Position numbers and translations under genes: made by a program. Below, piece by piece: positions 19,709 through 29,520 of a DNA stretch of 40,000 nt (position 1 is the stretch's first letter; each line of letters starts with the position of its first letter). The notes below the pieces were generated by a model, which had not been told where the DNA came from, did no database searches, and saw only the letters and a program-made list of their open reading frames with translations. The DNA is from Escherichia coli (GTDB lineage: Bacteria > Pseudomonadota > Gammaproteobacteria > Enterobacterales > Enterobacteriaceae), in the NCBI RefSeq assembly GCF_038396525.1, contig NZ_CP147050.1; one strand, given 5' to 3'.

Positions 19709-20200
19709 TTAGCCATTATCTTCTGAATTATCGTTTAAGAGTTCAATATATGCCTGCGCTTTACTCTTAACACTATCATCCTCACAATTGTTAATAATGT
19801 GATAGAAACATTGCATTGCGTTATCGATATTTTTAGCCCCAATCTGACATTGACCCATACGATAAATAACTGAATAGTCATCATACGGGGAGTAATTGTA
19901 ACTTAGTTTGTAAAGGTCATATGCTTGTTGATATTTCTTTTTTGGCTGACATACTGATGCAAAATCTTTTAGATACTCATGATTTTCGAACGCATAAATG
20001 CACAAAAATTTATAATAAATTTCTGCGTCCGTTATATTACCCTTTTCATGGTAGTCGAATGCATATGCATATATTCTATCAAGGATATCAGGAGTTAAAC
20101 CATGTAGTAATGCCAGATTTTCTCCTTTCGATAATGCGTGTTTTAGTTGATTTGCCCATTCATCACTATTATTGAATATTTCAATTGTTTCTGTGCTCAT
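19709..20200 (-). CDS. ygeG: SicA/SycD/LcrH-family T3SS translocator chaperone with TPRs
   Basis: 163 aa with 'KGNITDAEIYYKFLCIYAFENHEYLKDFASVCQPKKKYQQAYDLYKLSYNYSPYDDYSVIYRMGQCQI'. Confidence 0.9.
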   Translation of the reverse strand: MSTETIEIFNNSDEWANQLKHALSKGENLALLHGLTPDILDRIYAYAFDYHEKGNITDAEIYYKFLCIYAFENHEYLKDFASVCQPKKKYQQAYDLYKLSYNYSPYDDYSVIYRMGQCQIGAKNIDNAMQCFYHIINNCEDDSVKSKAQAYIELLNDNSEDNG

Positions 20201-20466
20201 AATATTCCTCTGTGATGTGTCTCGTGATGCTAAATTATTATTGATTGACTCATTAATATTTTTACATTTATCTTTTTTAAATTATTAGTTTTAAGCTTGC
20301 ATTGCTTATGGTATATTTTCATTATTGGTAAAAGTACTGTTCACTACAAACTAATAATATCATTAGTTGTTTTACTAATATTCACCTTATTAGTTATCTT
20401 AATTACGACATTACATAAATGCCTTAATGTGTATGACCTGGATTCATAGTATCAATTGCCATTTTT

Positions 20467-20913
20467 TCAATGAAAATTAAAAAGGGGATTTTTGAGAAGG
20501 GTAGAATGTCGTTTGTTTTTTTCTTTATTATGTCTGGTGACGAGGGGGGATAGAACGTCTGTGCATATAGTAGTGAATTTATTCAGGTCTACATTATTCT
20601 CTATTTTGGTCAGTTTTATGAGTTCATTTACAGCCATACTCATTAAATCATCTGTTATCGAAAATTTATATATGCTCATAGCAGATAATATTGCTTGCTG
20701 AATTATCTCTTCAGAAATATCCGCTATCTTTATTGACAAATCATGTGTTAGATATTTTCCTCCAAGAGATTCTTGTTCAATATAATTTAAACCAGACCCC
20801 ATTGTGATTTTAACTGGATTAACGGATTTCTCTTCATTTTTCTTATTTTTGTTCTCCTGATCAGGAACTAATGGTTGCAGTGGTAGGCTATTATTAATAT
20901 TTCGTGGCTTCAT
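20467..20913 (-). CDS. ygeF: Uncharacterised ETT2 protein
   Basis: 148 aa Asn/Lys-rich ORF immediately upstream of ygeG on the same strand. Confidence 0.65.
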   Translation of the reverse strand: MKPRNINNSLPLQPLVPDQENKNKKNEEKSVNPVKITMGSGLNYIEQESLGGKYLTHDLSIKIADISEEIIQQAILSAMSIYKFSITDDLMSMAVNELIKLTKIENNVDLNKFTTICTDVLSPLVTRHNKEKNKRHSTLLKNPLFNFH

Positions 20914-21219
20914 TTTACATTTCTCTCATTTGATTAGAGCAAAATCCGAATTCGCAGCTTCTGATAATGTCAAATATCACCTTTTCTCATGCTTTATTCT
21001 ATCAAAAATCGCTCATTTTTACTTTTTTTACCATAATGTTACTAAGTAGCATCGGCAATTTACATAACTTACACGTTGTTTTTTATATCTCGAAAAAACA
21101 GATAGATAGTGTGCGCACTCGAAATGATATTGGTAACATAAATAGCTTTATTCGTGATAAACATCTCAAAAGATTTCCTTTATTATATTCGAAATTCATT
21201 TGATCAAGGTTATCACCTT

Positions 21220-21303
21220 ATGGAGACGTTACGTAGAATGACTATATTTGTTATCGGCACATTAGGGGTATTAATTTTAGTATTGATGGAAGGTGATTAT
21301 TGA
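21220..21303 (+). CDS. Candidate small membrane protein (27 aa, or 21 aa from the ATG at 21238)
   Basis: METLRR-MTIFVIGTLGVLILVLMEGDY*; not in the supplied ORF track; a single hydrophobic helix. Possibly corresponds to a known short ORF near yqeK, not verified. Confidence 0.4.
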   Translation: METLRRMTIFVIGTLGVLILVLMEGDY

Positions 21304-21342
21304 ACAGTAACATCGAGTCACGGTAAAAATGTGAGGTATACA

Positions 21343-21768
21343 ATGGACATTGAATTTTCGCAGATTCATGAAATGGTCTATATGCATGATATTGTAAATT
21401 CGGACTCGAAAAAGAAACCAAGGATTCCGTTAAAAAAATTCCTTAATGCTGAGAATGTTCTCACGCAAACAACATCATGGACATTAAAATCAAGATATGT
21501 GAATGTTAATTCTGTCAATAAAGTCAACGTAAAGAGTAAAGTTAAAAACAGTTATATCTCACGATCTGTCAATGATGAGTTTAGTTTAACAGATGATGAA
21601 ATCAATTCTTTTAAAGAAACGTTAGTCCTTTCCTCTATTGATTCACTGAGTAAACTGGTTCTTAATAATCCTCTTTCTGTATTGTTTACATCGACTGTAC
21701 GAAGGAATAATAATCGAGCTAAGATGAATGTCGAGTTCGACTCATGGATTTGCACCAGATGTTGTTGA
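21343..21768 (+). CDS. yqeK: Uncharacterised ETT2 protein
   Basis: 141 aa [16 protein letters not shown]...; Shine-Dalgarno GAGG 6 nt upstream. Confidence 0.8.
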   Translation: MDIEFSQIHEMVYMHDIVNSDSKKKPRIPLKKFLNAENVLTQTTSWTLKSRYVNVNSVNKVNVKSKVKNSYISRSVNDEFSLTDDEINSFKETLVLSSIDSLSKLVLNNPLSVLFTSTVRRNNNRAKMNVEFDSWICTRCC

Positions 21769-21916
21769 TACATGATATTTTACATTGCAAGGAGATGTCT
21801 AAAATGAAAGATGTTGATCAAAACTTTGATGCTCTAGACTGCCATATACTGCGAGAATATTTAATTTTATTGTTTTATGATTAACGAGGTTCCATCTTTT
21901 TGTTATCTATTTTAGT

Positions 21917-22399
21917 TTACCTTGCACAATGCATTATTGCTCTGTTACCAATGCTCAAAATAAAAGCATGCTTACCTTGCTTTAGTATATTATAGCTTAC
22001 ACTTTTTTCTGGAAAGACATAAAAATCAGGAATAAGTTGTGCAAGTCTATCATCATCAACTTGATCCATAATCTCAAACTTATTAACTTTCTTTGATGTT
22101 AAATGGGCTGTGTCATAGTTTTCAATCCATGTGTATTCAATATTTCGCCGTATTGATTTACTTTCTCTGTTACCTTGTTGCCAGGTTCCACTCAACGCAA
22201 CAGTTCCTGTTTTATTTTTTTTGTTATACATAAAGTCGATGGTAAGATTTGCTCGTCCCTGGTCATTAAAAATTACCCAATTTGCAGTGCATGTTTCGTT
22301 ATATATCATTTTTTCTGCAGTGTAAGAATAGACAGTGAAGAGAATAAACCCACTGATAAAAACTAAAATAAATAATAAGTTTTTTTTATAATCAATCAC
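21917..22399 (-). CDS. yqeJ: FidL-like membrane-anchored partner protein
   Basis: 160 aa from a GTG preceded by TGAGG; N-terminal TM 'LLFILVFISGFILFTVYSYTA'; overlaps the yqeI 3' end by 8 nt. Confidence 0.85.
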   Translation of the reverse strand: MIDYKKNLLFILVFISGFILFTVYSYTAEKMIYNETCTANWVIFNDQGRANLTIDFMYNKKNKTGTVALSGTWQQGNRESKSIRRNIEYTWIENYDTAHLTSKKVNKFEIMDQVDDDRLAQLIPDFYVFPEKSVSYNILKQGKHAFILSIGNRAIMHCAR

Positions 22400-23201
22400 G
22401 ATTAACCTCACGGTAAGACAGGGTTAAACAGTCTGCCACTTCATGTTGGTTATAGTTTTTATTGCATGCCATAACAATCATCCCCGGTGAGGATTTTGCA
22501 AGAGGGAAGTATAACCACGGATGTTTTTTACAGTTAATCCCCGAATCCAGTATCCGTGTTTTATATTTATCGAACTCTTTCAACCCATCAATTGTATCTT
22601 CTGTTACATTAAAATGGCAGCCATTAATTTCCGCAACAGTCTTGTAATCCTTGAAAAATGGCTTCGGTTGATTATTATTCCATAGCCAATATGCAGAATA
22701 TGCGCCTATGACAAATGCGCTCAACATAATTAGATGACTTTTTATATGTTTGAGGATTTTGTTATTGAAATTCTTTGCGCCACCAATGCTCTCTTTGTAT
22801 CCCGCATTAACTTTTATGGCAGGTGGGGCATTGTGTGTATGTGCGTCTGTTGACGAGTTTATTACATGATTTTGTATGTTAATGTCATTATGGATCTTGA
22901 ATCCTCTTCTCGGCACGGTTGCAATTAGCGAGTGGGTAGTATCACCAACAGCGCGAAATCCGCGTCTGATAATGGATATGTTCTGATATAACGTGTTAGT
23001 AGGCACACGCATACCTTCTTCTTCCCAGACTCTGGTGAAAAAATCTTGTTGTGCAACCACATCAGGAAAAGCTTCAAGTAGAAGTGATAAACATCGACTG
23101 GCTGGCGTTGTCAGAACGACGTTAAGATCGGCGTTATGTACCGATATTAATTTTCGGTGCTCAGGCCAGAACTCGATATTATCGTTAATAATCCAGTGCA
23201 T
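22392..23201 (-). CDS. yqeI: ToxR/MarT-like membrane-bound winged-helix regulator
   Basis: 269 aa; N-terminal wHTH '...NTLYQNISIIRRGFRAVGDTTHSLIATVPRRGFKI', TM 'HLIMLSAFVIGAYSAYWLW', short periplasmic domain. Confidence 0.92.
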   Translation of the reverse strand: MHWIINDNIEFWPEHRKLISVHNADLNVVLTTPASRCLSLLLEAFPDVVAQQDFFTRVWEEEGMRVPTNTLYQNISIIRRGFRAVGDTTHSLIATVPRRGFKIHNDINIQNHVINSSTDAHTHNAPPAIKVNAGYKESIGGAKNFNNKILKHIKSHLIMLSAFVIGAYSAYWLWNNNQPKPFFKDYKTVAEINGCHFNVTEDTIDGLKEFDKYKTRILDSGINCKKHPWLYFPLAKSSPGMIVMACNKNYNQHEVADCLTLSYREVNRD

Positions 23202-23329
23202 ACGTCAATAAACACTAAATCAATCGAAATGGAGATCACATAGTTTGCTAAGTATATTGGTATTTACGGCATAAATATATATTAATTTTATATTTATCAT
23301 GATGATTGAAATGAGGCTTTAATGTTGCA

Positions 23330-23345
23330 ACGTAAAACTTTACGT
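23330..23345. promoter_or_regulatory. Inverted repeat upstream of yqeI, possible operator
   Basis: ACGTAAA-AC-TTTACGT, perfect 7-bp arms, about 130 bp upstream of the yqeI start. Confidence 0.35.
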
Positions 23346-23534
23346 AAATTAACATGGTTAACATTTATGCCACTATTGTTTGTAAATTCATATTTCGTAA
23401 TGCTTCTGAATTTTTCGTGTGATGGTTTTAAATACTATGGTGTTTACTCTTGAGGGGACGGCCTATTTATAAAATACGGACATTTCAATAAATGCCCGTA
23501 TAAACAGAGTATGATTCTGGCTGGTCGTTGAGTA

Positions 23535-24167
23535 TCAATGTTGGACCGAATGTGAACGAATAAATAATTCGTTTATTTTACCACCCATTCTCTTTTCGAT
23601 TCGTTGCTTGTACGCGTAGATGCTACGGATATCCATATCCAGAACTTCAGCAATCTGATATGGATTATAACCAGAAACCATATACCCCATTATGGTGAAT
23701 TCCATCTGAGTTAATGTGTTACCTCTGGTAAATGATAAATAACGACCAATAAATAGTTGTCTGATCTTTTCATTGGCAACATCAAGACCATCATCATTAT
23801 ATATGACAGCAGATATTGCTGAGTTGTGTTTTCGCCAGTAATTAGCTAACGATTGCATATTGCGGTCGCTGACTAAAACAATCCCCATGTCAGTACTTGC
23901 AAGATAGTCAATCCAGTCTTTTTCAAGGAATAGACGTAAAAAACTTACTGAAAAATCGACAAAAATATATCCGCTTAATCTCGCATTGTGGTTTTTTGTT
24001 AAGATACCTTCTACCACACCACGATTAAAATATGAACTTTCTTCGGGCCACATACAAAAACACGAGTTTGCGCAGTACTGCAAACGCGGTGACTCTTCTG
24101 GCATTATTTGGCAATGCATTGAGCAACTATTGCATGTAAGACTTTTATAACGACTACAAAGCCCCAT
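23535..24167 (-). CDS. yqeH: LuxR-type HTH regulator with Cys-rich N-terminus
   Basis: 210 aa from MGLCSRYKS..., ATG preceded by GGGAGG; C-terminal HTH 'LTQMEFTIMGYMVSGYNPYQIAEVLDMDIRSIYAYKQRIEKRM'. Confidence 0.88.
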   Translation of the reverse strand: MGLCSRYKSLTCNSCSMHCQIMPEESPRLQYCANSCFCMWPEESSYFNRGVVEGILTKNHNARLSGYIFVDFSVSFLRLFLEKDWIDYLASTDMGIVLVSDRNMQSLANYWRKHNSAISAVIYNDDGLDVANEKIRQLFIGRYLSFTRGNTLTQMEFTIMGYMVSGYNPYQIAEVLDMDIRSIYAYKQRIEKRMGGKINELFIRSHSVQH

Positions 24168-24626
24168 GTTAAGAACCTCCCTATCCGTATATAATTGCAT
24201 AATTTCATTGGTGATTGATGATGTCAATACACCATGATTTTGTAATTTTGCTGGGAAAAATTGCGATTAATCTGTATTTGCTATAATTCTGATTAAGACA
24301 TTTTAAAATGCATTTCTCGTTATTAAATATGATTATGTTTCACTGATTTAATCTTACCTGGTTGAGGGTGGTTCAGATAACTATCTCATGGTATGAGAAT
24401 ATCTATATCGCAAATTGTTTTTGAATGACCGGAAGATATCTTGCGAATCTAAGTTATGCATCTTAAATAGTCTTATTTAAGATGTTCAGATCTCTTTGTG
24501 TGTTTAACTAACTGATAATACTAGGATATGATGAGGGAAGTGATAGTGCGGAATAATAACGAATGAACATTATGAAAACTGGAATGGTTCAAAATTGTAG
24601 CAATTTTGAACCATTCACAATGGATA

Positions 24627-25856
24627 TCAGCTAAAGAACATTACCGATACGCACAGGATACCCACGATCAGCGTAATCAGATTTCCGATGGAACGCCAGG
24701 GTTTAAGCGCCGGGATCAGATACGTTGACAACGTAGGCATGATGAAAAGTATCATGGCAATGAGCGGGCCGCTGATCGCGTAAATCATCGAAATCGCGTT
24801 CGGGTTAATGCAACAAACAATGAAGGTGATCAGCGATACCAACATAATTGATAGTGCGCGGTTAAATGCACGACTTTTCTTTACACCAACCTGCTGTAGT
24901 GTTGTTTTGACGACCTCCGTGGCACCTTCAATAACGCCAAAGTACGTACCCAGGAATGATTTCGACATCGCAACTACTGCGACAATAATCCCGGAAATTG
25001 ACAGCCATGCTGGGGCGTTCGGCAGCATAGAAAGCGCCGATAAAATGGTGACCCCTTCTTCTTTAGCCGCTTCAATATACGAAGGTGGAATAGAAAGCAG
25101 GCAGCTAAAGACAAAGAACAGTACACTTATGCAGATGATGAGATAAGCGACTTTCATAATTTTTTTGCATTTATCCATAGCGTGTTCGCCATATTTTTCA
25201 CGTCTGTCTATGGCAAACGTAGAAATAATGGGCGTATGGCTAAAGGCGAAAACCATCACGGGAATCGATATCCATATCTGGTGAAGGGTATTCTGATTGA
25301 ACTCTACCTGGGTCGTTAATAGATCAGGTTGCCAACTACCGACAAGGTAAATGGAAAGAAATAAGAAATAGGCAATCAATGGGAATACCAAAAAACCCAT
25401 TACCCGAATGGTTGCATGGCGTCCCATCAGAAAAATGAGATTCAGGATTAATACAACACCCAGACTCACCAACATACGGATGCGAAGATCAATAACCATA
25501 TGCTTTGCCAGCTGTTCCGTAAGTGAGTTGGTAATTGCCACTGCATATATCAACACGACGACAAAAAAGGCGATGAAGTACAGCGTGGTAATCAGATTAC
25601 CAATCTTCTTGCCATAGTAGTGTGTTACTGCGCCCGTTATCCCTTCACCTGCTGATGTTTTCGATGAGAGGATGAACTGGCATAAGGCTTTATGTGGCCA
25701 ATATGTTAAAGGCCAGGCGACCAGAGCAGTAATAAACAGGACCACAGCCCCTGCCGAACCTAACTGAATAGGAAGGAAGAGCGTGCCTGCACCAACGGCT
25801 GTGCCGTAGAGCGCGAAACTCCACAGAGTTTCTTCTTTAGACCAAATATTAGACAT
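24627..25856 (-). CDS. yqeG: HAAAP-family amino acid/serine transporter
   Basis: 409 aa polytopic membrane protein (WSKEETLWSFALYGTAVGAGTLFLPI...). Confidence 0.93.
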   Translation of the reverse strand: MSNIWSKEETLWSFALYGTAVGAGTLFLPIQLGSAGAVVLFITALVAWPLTYWPHKALCQFILSSKTSAGEGITGAVTHYYGKKIGNLITTLYFIAFFVVVLIYAVAITNSLTEQLAKHMVIDLRIRMLVSLGVVLILNLIFLMGRHATIRVMGFLVFPLIAYFLFLSIYLVGSWQPDLLTTQVEFNQNTLHQIWISIPVMVFAFSHTPIISTFAIDRREKYGEHAMDKCKKIMKVAYLIICISVLFFVFSCLLSIPPSYIEAAKEEGVTILSALSMLPNAPAWLSISGIIVAVVAMSKSFLGTYFGVIEGATEVVKTTLQQVGVKKSRAFNRALSIMLVSLITFIVCCINPNAISMIYAISGPLIAMILFIMPTLSTYLIPALKPWRSIGNLITLIVGILCVSVMFFS

Positions 25857-26110
25857 TATCTGAACGTATCATCTACAAATTAAACAAAATGGAGGGCAAT
25901 TTACCATAAACCAGGTTAAGTATGGGAGATTAACGCCCTATCTACCCCTCTATTGGTGGGTTAGTGGTTGCAAACCTTACGTGCCAGTTATGACTCTGAC
26001 TACTGCTCAGGCATATTTCCTTTGTGATAAAAATCACTTTTTTTAAACAATTAAGATAACTGTAATTAACAATCATTTACTATTGCACTGTTAATTGGTG
26101 CGAGGTTGTG

Positions 26111-27292
26111 ATGAAAGACGTTGTGATTGTCGGGGCGTTACGGACACCTATCGGCTGCTTTCGCGGTGCGTTAGCGGGTCATTCCGCCGTGGAACTTGGT
26201 AGTCTGGTCGTGAAAGCGTTAATAGAACGTACCGGCGTTCCTGCATATGCGGTGGATGAAGTAATTCTTGGTCAGGTGTTGACTGCAGGGGCAGGGCAGA
26301 ATCCGGCAAGGCAATCGGCTATTAAAGGTGGTCTGCCTAATAGCGTTTCTGCAATCACGATTAATGACGTCTGCGGTTCCGGACTTAAAGCACTGCATCT
26401 GGCTACTCAGGCGATACAGTGTGGCGAGGCTGATATTGTCATCGCCGGTGGCCAGGAAAACATGAGCCGCGCACCACATGTTCTGACTGATAGCCGCACC
26501 GGTGCACAGCTTGGCAATAGCCAGCTGGTTGACAGTCTTGTGCATGATGGGTTATGGGATGCCTTCAATGATTATCATATTGGTGTCACCGCCGAAAATC
26601 TGGCTCGCGAATATGGCATCAGCCGTCAATTGCAGGATGCTTACGCACTTAGCTCGCAACAAAAAGCGCGAGCGGCGATTGACGCCGGACGATTTAAAGA
26701 TGAGATCGTCCCGGTAATGACCCAAAGTAACGGTCAGACGTTGGTTGTTGATACCGATGAACAGCCACGCACTGACGCCAGTGCAGAAGGTTTAGCCCGT
26801 TTAAATCCTTCATTTGATAGTCTCGGTTCTGTGACAGCGGGTAATGCATCATCCATAAACGATGGCGCAGCTGCGGTAATGATGATGAGCGAAGCCAAAG
26901 CACGAGCGTTGAATTTACCCGTGCTGGCCCGCATTCGCGCATTTGCCAGCGTTGGTGTAGATCCGGCATTGATGGGAATTGCGCCGGTGTATGCGACCCG
27001 CCGTTGCCTGGAGCGTGTAGGCTGGCAGTTGGCTGATGTCGATCTTATCGAGGCTAATGAAGCGTTTGCTGCACAGGCGCTTTCGGTTGGCAAGATGCTT
27101 GAGTGGGATGAGCGTCGGGTCAATGTCAATGGTGGTGCGATCGCACTTGGTCACCCGATAGGCGCTTCCGGTTGCCGAATCCTGGTTTCTCTGGTTCATG
27201 AAATGGTGAAACGTAATGCCCGCAAAGGACTGGCAACGCTTTGTATCGGCGGGGGCCAGGGTGTGGCATTGACCATTGAACGTGACGAATAG
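26111..27292 (+). CDS. yqeF: Acetyl-CoA acetyltransferase (thiolase) family
   Basis: 393 aa MKDVVIVGALRTPIG...; thiolase motifs 'NDVCGSGLKALHLA' and 'NVNGGAIALGHPIGASG'. Confidence 0.95.
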   Translation: MKDVVIVGALRTPIGCFRGALAGHSAVELGSLVVKALIERTGVPAYAVDEVILGQVLTAGAGQNPARQSAIKGGLPNSVSAITINDVCGSGLKALHLATQAIQCGEADIVIAGGQENMSRAPHVLTDSRTGAQLGNSQLVDSLVHDGLWDAFNDYHIGVTAENLAREYGISRQLQDAYALSSQQKARAAIDAGRFKDEIVPVMTQSNGQTLVVDTDEQPRTDASAEGLARLNPSFDSLGSVTAGNASSINDGAAAVMMMSEAKARALNLPVLARIRAFASVGVDPALMGIAPVYATRRCLERVGWQLADVDLIEANEAFAAQALSVGKMLEWDERRVNVNGGAIALGHPIGASGCRILVSLVHEMVKRNARKGLATLCIGGGQGVALTIERDE

Positions 27293-27449
27293 CTCTGCAT
27301 TTCCTCCTTACCGATAAATATCTGCCGTCATTAATCTGTTGAATAATGATGGCTGGCAAGTCGACATACATTTTCTGGGCTCCCTCATTTTTCCATTCTC
27401 ATGACATATTCGTGATCGACACTGCACTTTTTTTAATCCTTAACTTAAA

Positions 27450-27468
27450 AATGAAACATTGTTTTATT
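27450..27468. promoter_or_regulatory. Candidate KdgR operator upstream of kduI
   Basis: AATGAAACATTGTTTTATT resembles the KdgR consensus; a second, weaker one, CAAAACAGTGTTTCAC, is at 27519-27534. Confidence 0.5.
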
Positions 27469-27578
27469 TTTAATTGAAAACCCTAGCCCATGGGCATATC
27501 ATCCCTTTATAGAGAAAACAAAACAGTGTTTCACTATCGTTTTCTATTTTCACGCTTCACTGATTATCGGAGGTTGAT

Positions 27579-28415
27579 GTGGACGTAAGACAGAGCATCC
27601 ACAGTGCGCACGCAAAAACGCTGGATACCCAAGGGCTGCGCAATGAATTTTTGGTTGAAAAGGTATTTGTCGCCGATGAGTACACCATGGTTTACAGCCA
27701 CATTGACCGAATTATTGTTGGCGGCATTATGCCGATAACTAAAACGGTTTCCGTTGGCGGGGAAGTTGGTAAACAACTCGGCGTAAGCTATTTCCTTGAA
27801 CGTCGCGAGTTAGGTGTTATCAATATTGGCGGTGCCGGTACGATTACTGTCGATGGCCAATGCTATGAAATCGGTCACCGCGACGCCCTGTATGTTGGTA
27901 AAGGTGCAAAAGAAGTTGTCTTTGCCAGTATTGATACCGGCACTCCGGCGAAGTTTTATTACAATTGCGCACCCGCGCATACGACGTATCCCACCAAAAA
28001 AGTCACCCCGGACGAAGTATCTCCAGTCACGTTAGGCGATAACCTCACCAGTAACCGTCGCACTATTAACAAATATTTTGTCCCGGATGTGCTGGAAACC
28101 TGCCAATTGAGTATGGGGCTGACGGAGCTGGCTCCAGGTAACTTGTGGAACACCATGCCGTGTCACACCCACGAGCGCCGGATGGAAGTTTATTTCTATT
28201 TCAATATGGATGATGACGCCTGCGTTTTCCACATGATGGGGCAACCGCAAGAAACGCGTCACATTGTGATGCATAACGAGCAGGCGGTGATCTCCCCGAG
28301 CTGGTCGATCCATTCCGGCGTCGGAACCAAAGCTTATACCTTTATCTGGGGCATGGTTGGTGAAAACCAGGTCTTTGATGATATGGACCATGTGGCCGTT
28401 AAAGATTTGCGCTAG
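27579..28415 (+). CDS. kduI: 5-dehydro-4-deoxy-D-glucuronate isomerase
   Basis: 278 aa [30 protein letters not shown].... Confidence 0.96.
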
Positions 28416-28444
28416 TTGTGGGCATAAACGAATAAGGTATTGTT

Positions 28445-29206
28445 ATGATTTTAAGTGCATTTTCTCTCGAAGGTAAAGTTGCGGTCGTCACTGGTTGTGA
28501 TACTGGACTGGGTCAGGGGATGGCGTTGGGGCTGGCGCAAGCGGGCTGTGACATTGTTGGCATTAACATCGTTGAACCGACTGAAACCATCGAGCAGGTC
28601 ACAGCGCTGGGGCGTCGTTTTTTAAGCCTGACCGCCGATCTGCGAAAGATTGATGGTATTCCAGCACTGCTGGATCGCGCGGTAGCGGAGTTTGGTCATA
28701 TTGATATCCTGGTGAATAACGCCGGATTGATTCGCCGCGAAGATGCTCTCGAGTTCAGCGAAAAGGACTGGGACGATGTCATGAACCTGAATATCAAGAG
28801 CGTATTCTTCATGTCTCAGGCAGCGGCGAAACACTTTATCGCGCAAGGCAATGGCGGCAAGATTATCAATATCGCGTCAATGCTCTCCTTCCAGGGCGGG
28901 ATCCGTGTGCCTTCTTATACCGCATCAAAAAGCGGCGTGATGGGTGTGACGCGATTGATGGCGAACGAATGGGCTAAACACAACATTAATGTTAATGCGA
29001 TAGCCCCGGGTTACATGGCGACCAACAATACTCAACAACTACGGGCAGATGAACAACGTAGCGCGGAAATTCTCGACCGCATTCCAGCTGGTCGTTGGGG
29101 ACTGCCGAGTGACCTGATGGGGCCGATAGTGTTCCTTGCCTCCAGCGCTTCAGATTATGTGAATGGTTATACCATTGCCGTGGATGGCGGTTGGCTGGCG
29201 CGTTAA
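28445..29206 (+). CDS. kduD: 2-dehydro-3-deoxy-D-gluconate 5-dehydrogenase (SDR family)
   Basis: 253 aa SDR with 'VTGCDTGLGQG' and 'YTASKSG'. Confidence 0.95.
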   Translation: MILSAFSLEGKVAVVTGCDTGLGQGMALGLAQAGCDIVGINIVEPTETIEQVTALGRRFLSLTADLRKIDGIPALLDRAVAEFGHIDILVNNAGLIRREDALEFSEKDWDDVMNLNIKSVFFMSQAAAKHFIAQGNGGKIINIASMLSFQGGIRVPSYTASKSGVMGVTRLMANEWAKHNINVNAIAPGYMATNNTQQLRADEQRSAEILDRIPAGRWGLPSDLMGPIVFLASSASDYVNGYTIAVDGGWLAR

Positions 29207-29228
29207 TTCATTCTTCTTACTTTTATGA

Positions 29229-29254
29229 CCCTGCCGCATGGCAGGGTTTTTTAT
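29229..29254 (+). terminator. Rho-independent terminator after kduD
   Basis: CCCTGCCGCATGGCAGGG followed by TTTTTTAT. Confidence 0.85.
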
Positions 29255-29269
29255 ACCTGTAGATCATCA

Positions 29270-29302
29270 TAATCCATATCATGGTTATGAAATAATCCAT
29301 AT
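29270..29302 (+). promoter_or_regulatory. Candidate AraC binding region upstream of araE
   Basis: Direct repeat TAATCCATAT at 29270-29279 and 29293-29302, resembling AraC half-site ends. Confidence 0.5.
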
Positions 29303-29520
29303 TAATTATCAATTAATGAACTTTATGAATTTTATCTGCTGTAAAATTAGGTGGTTAATAATAATCTCAATAATTCAACTTAATTTGAAAATTGGAATAT
29401 CCATCACATAACGACATGTCGCAGCAATTTAATCCATATTTATGCTGTTTCCGACCTGACACCTGCGTGAGTTGTTCACGTATTTTTTCACTATGTCTTA
29501 CTCTCTGCTGGCAGGAAAAA

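Noticed and set aside
29392-29520. N-terminal extension of the 515 aa araE ORF
   Set aside because: Covers the promoter and 5' UTR; ATG at 29521 gives the expected 472 aa AraE.
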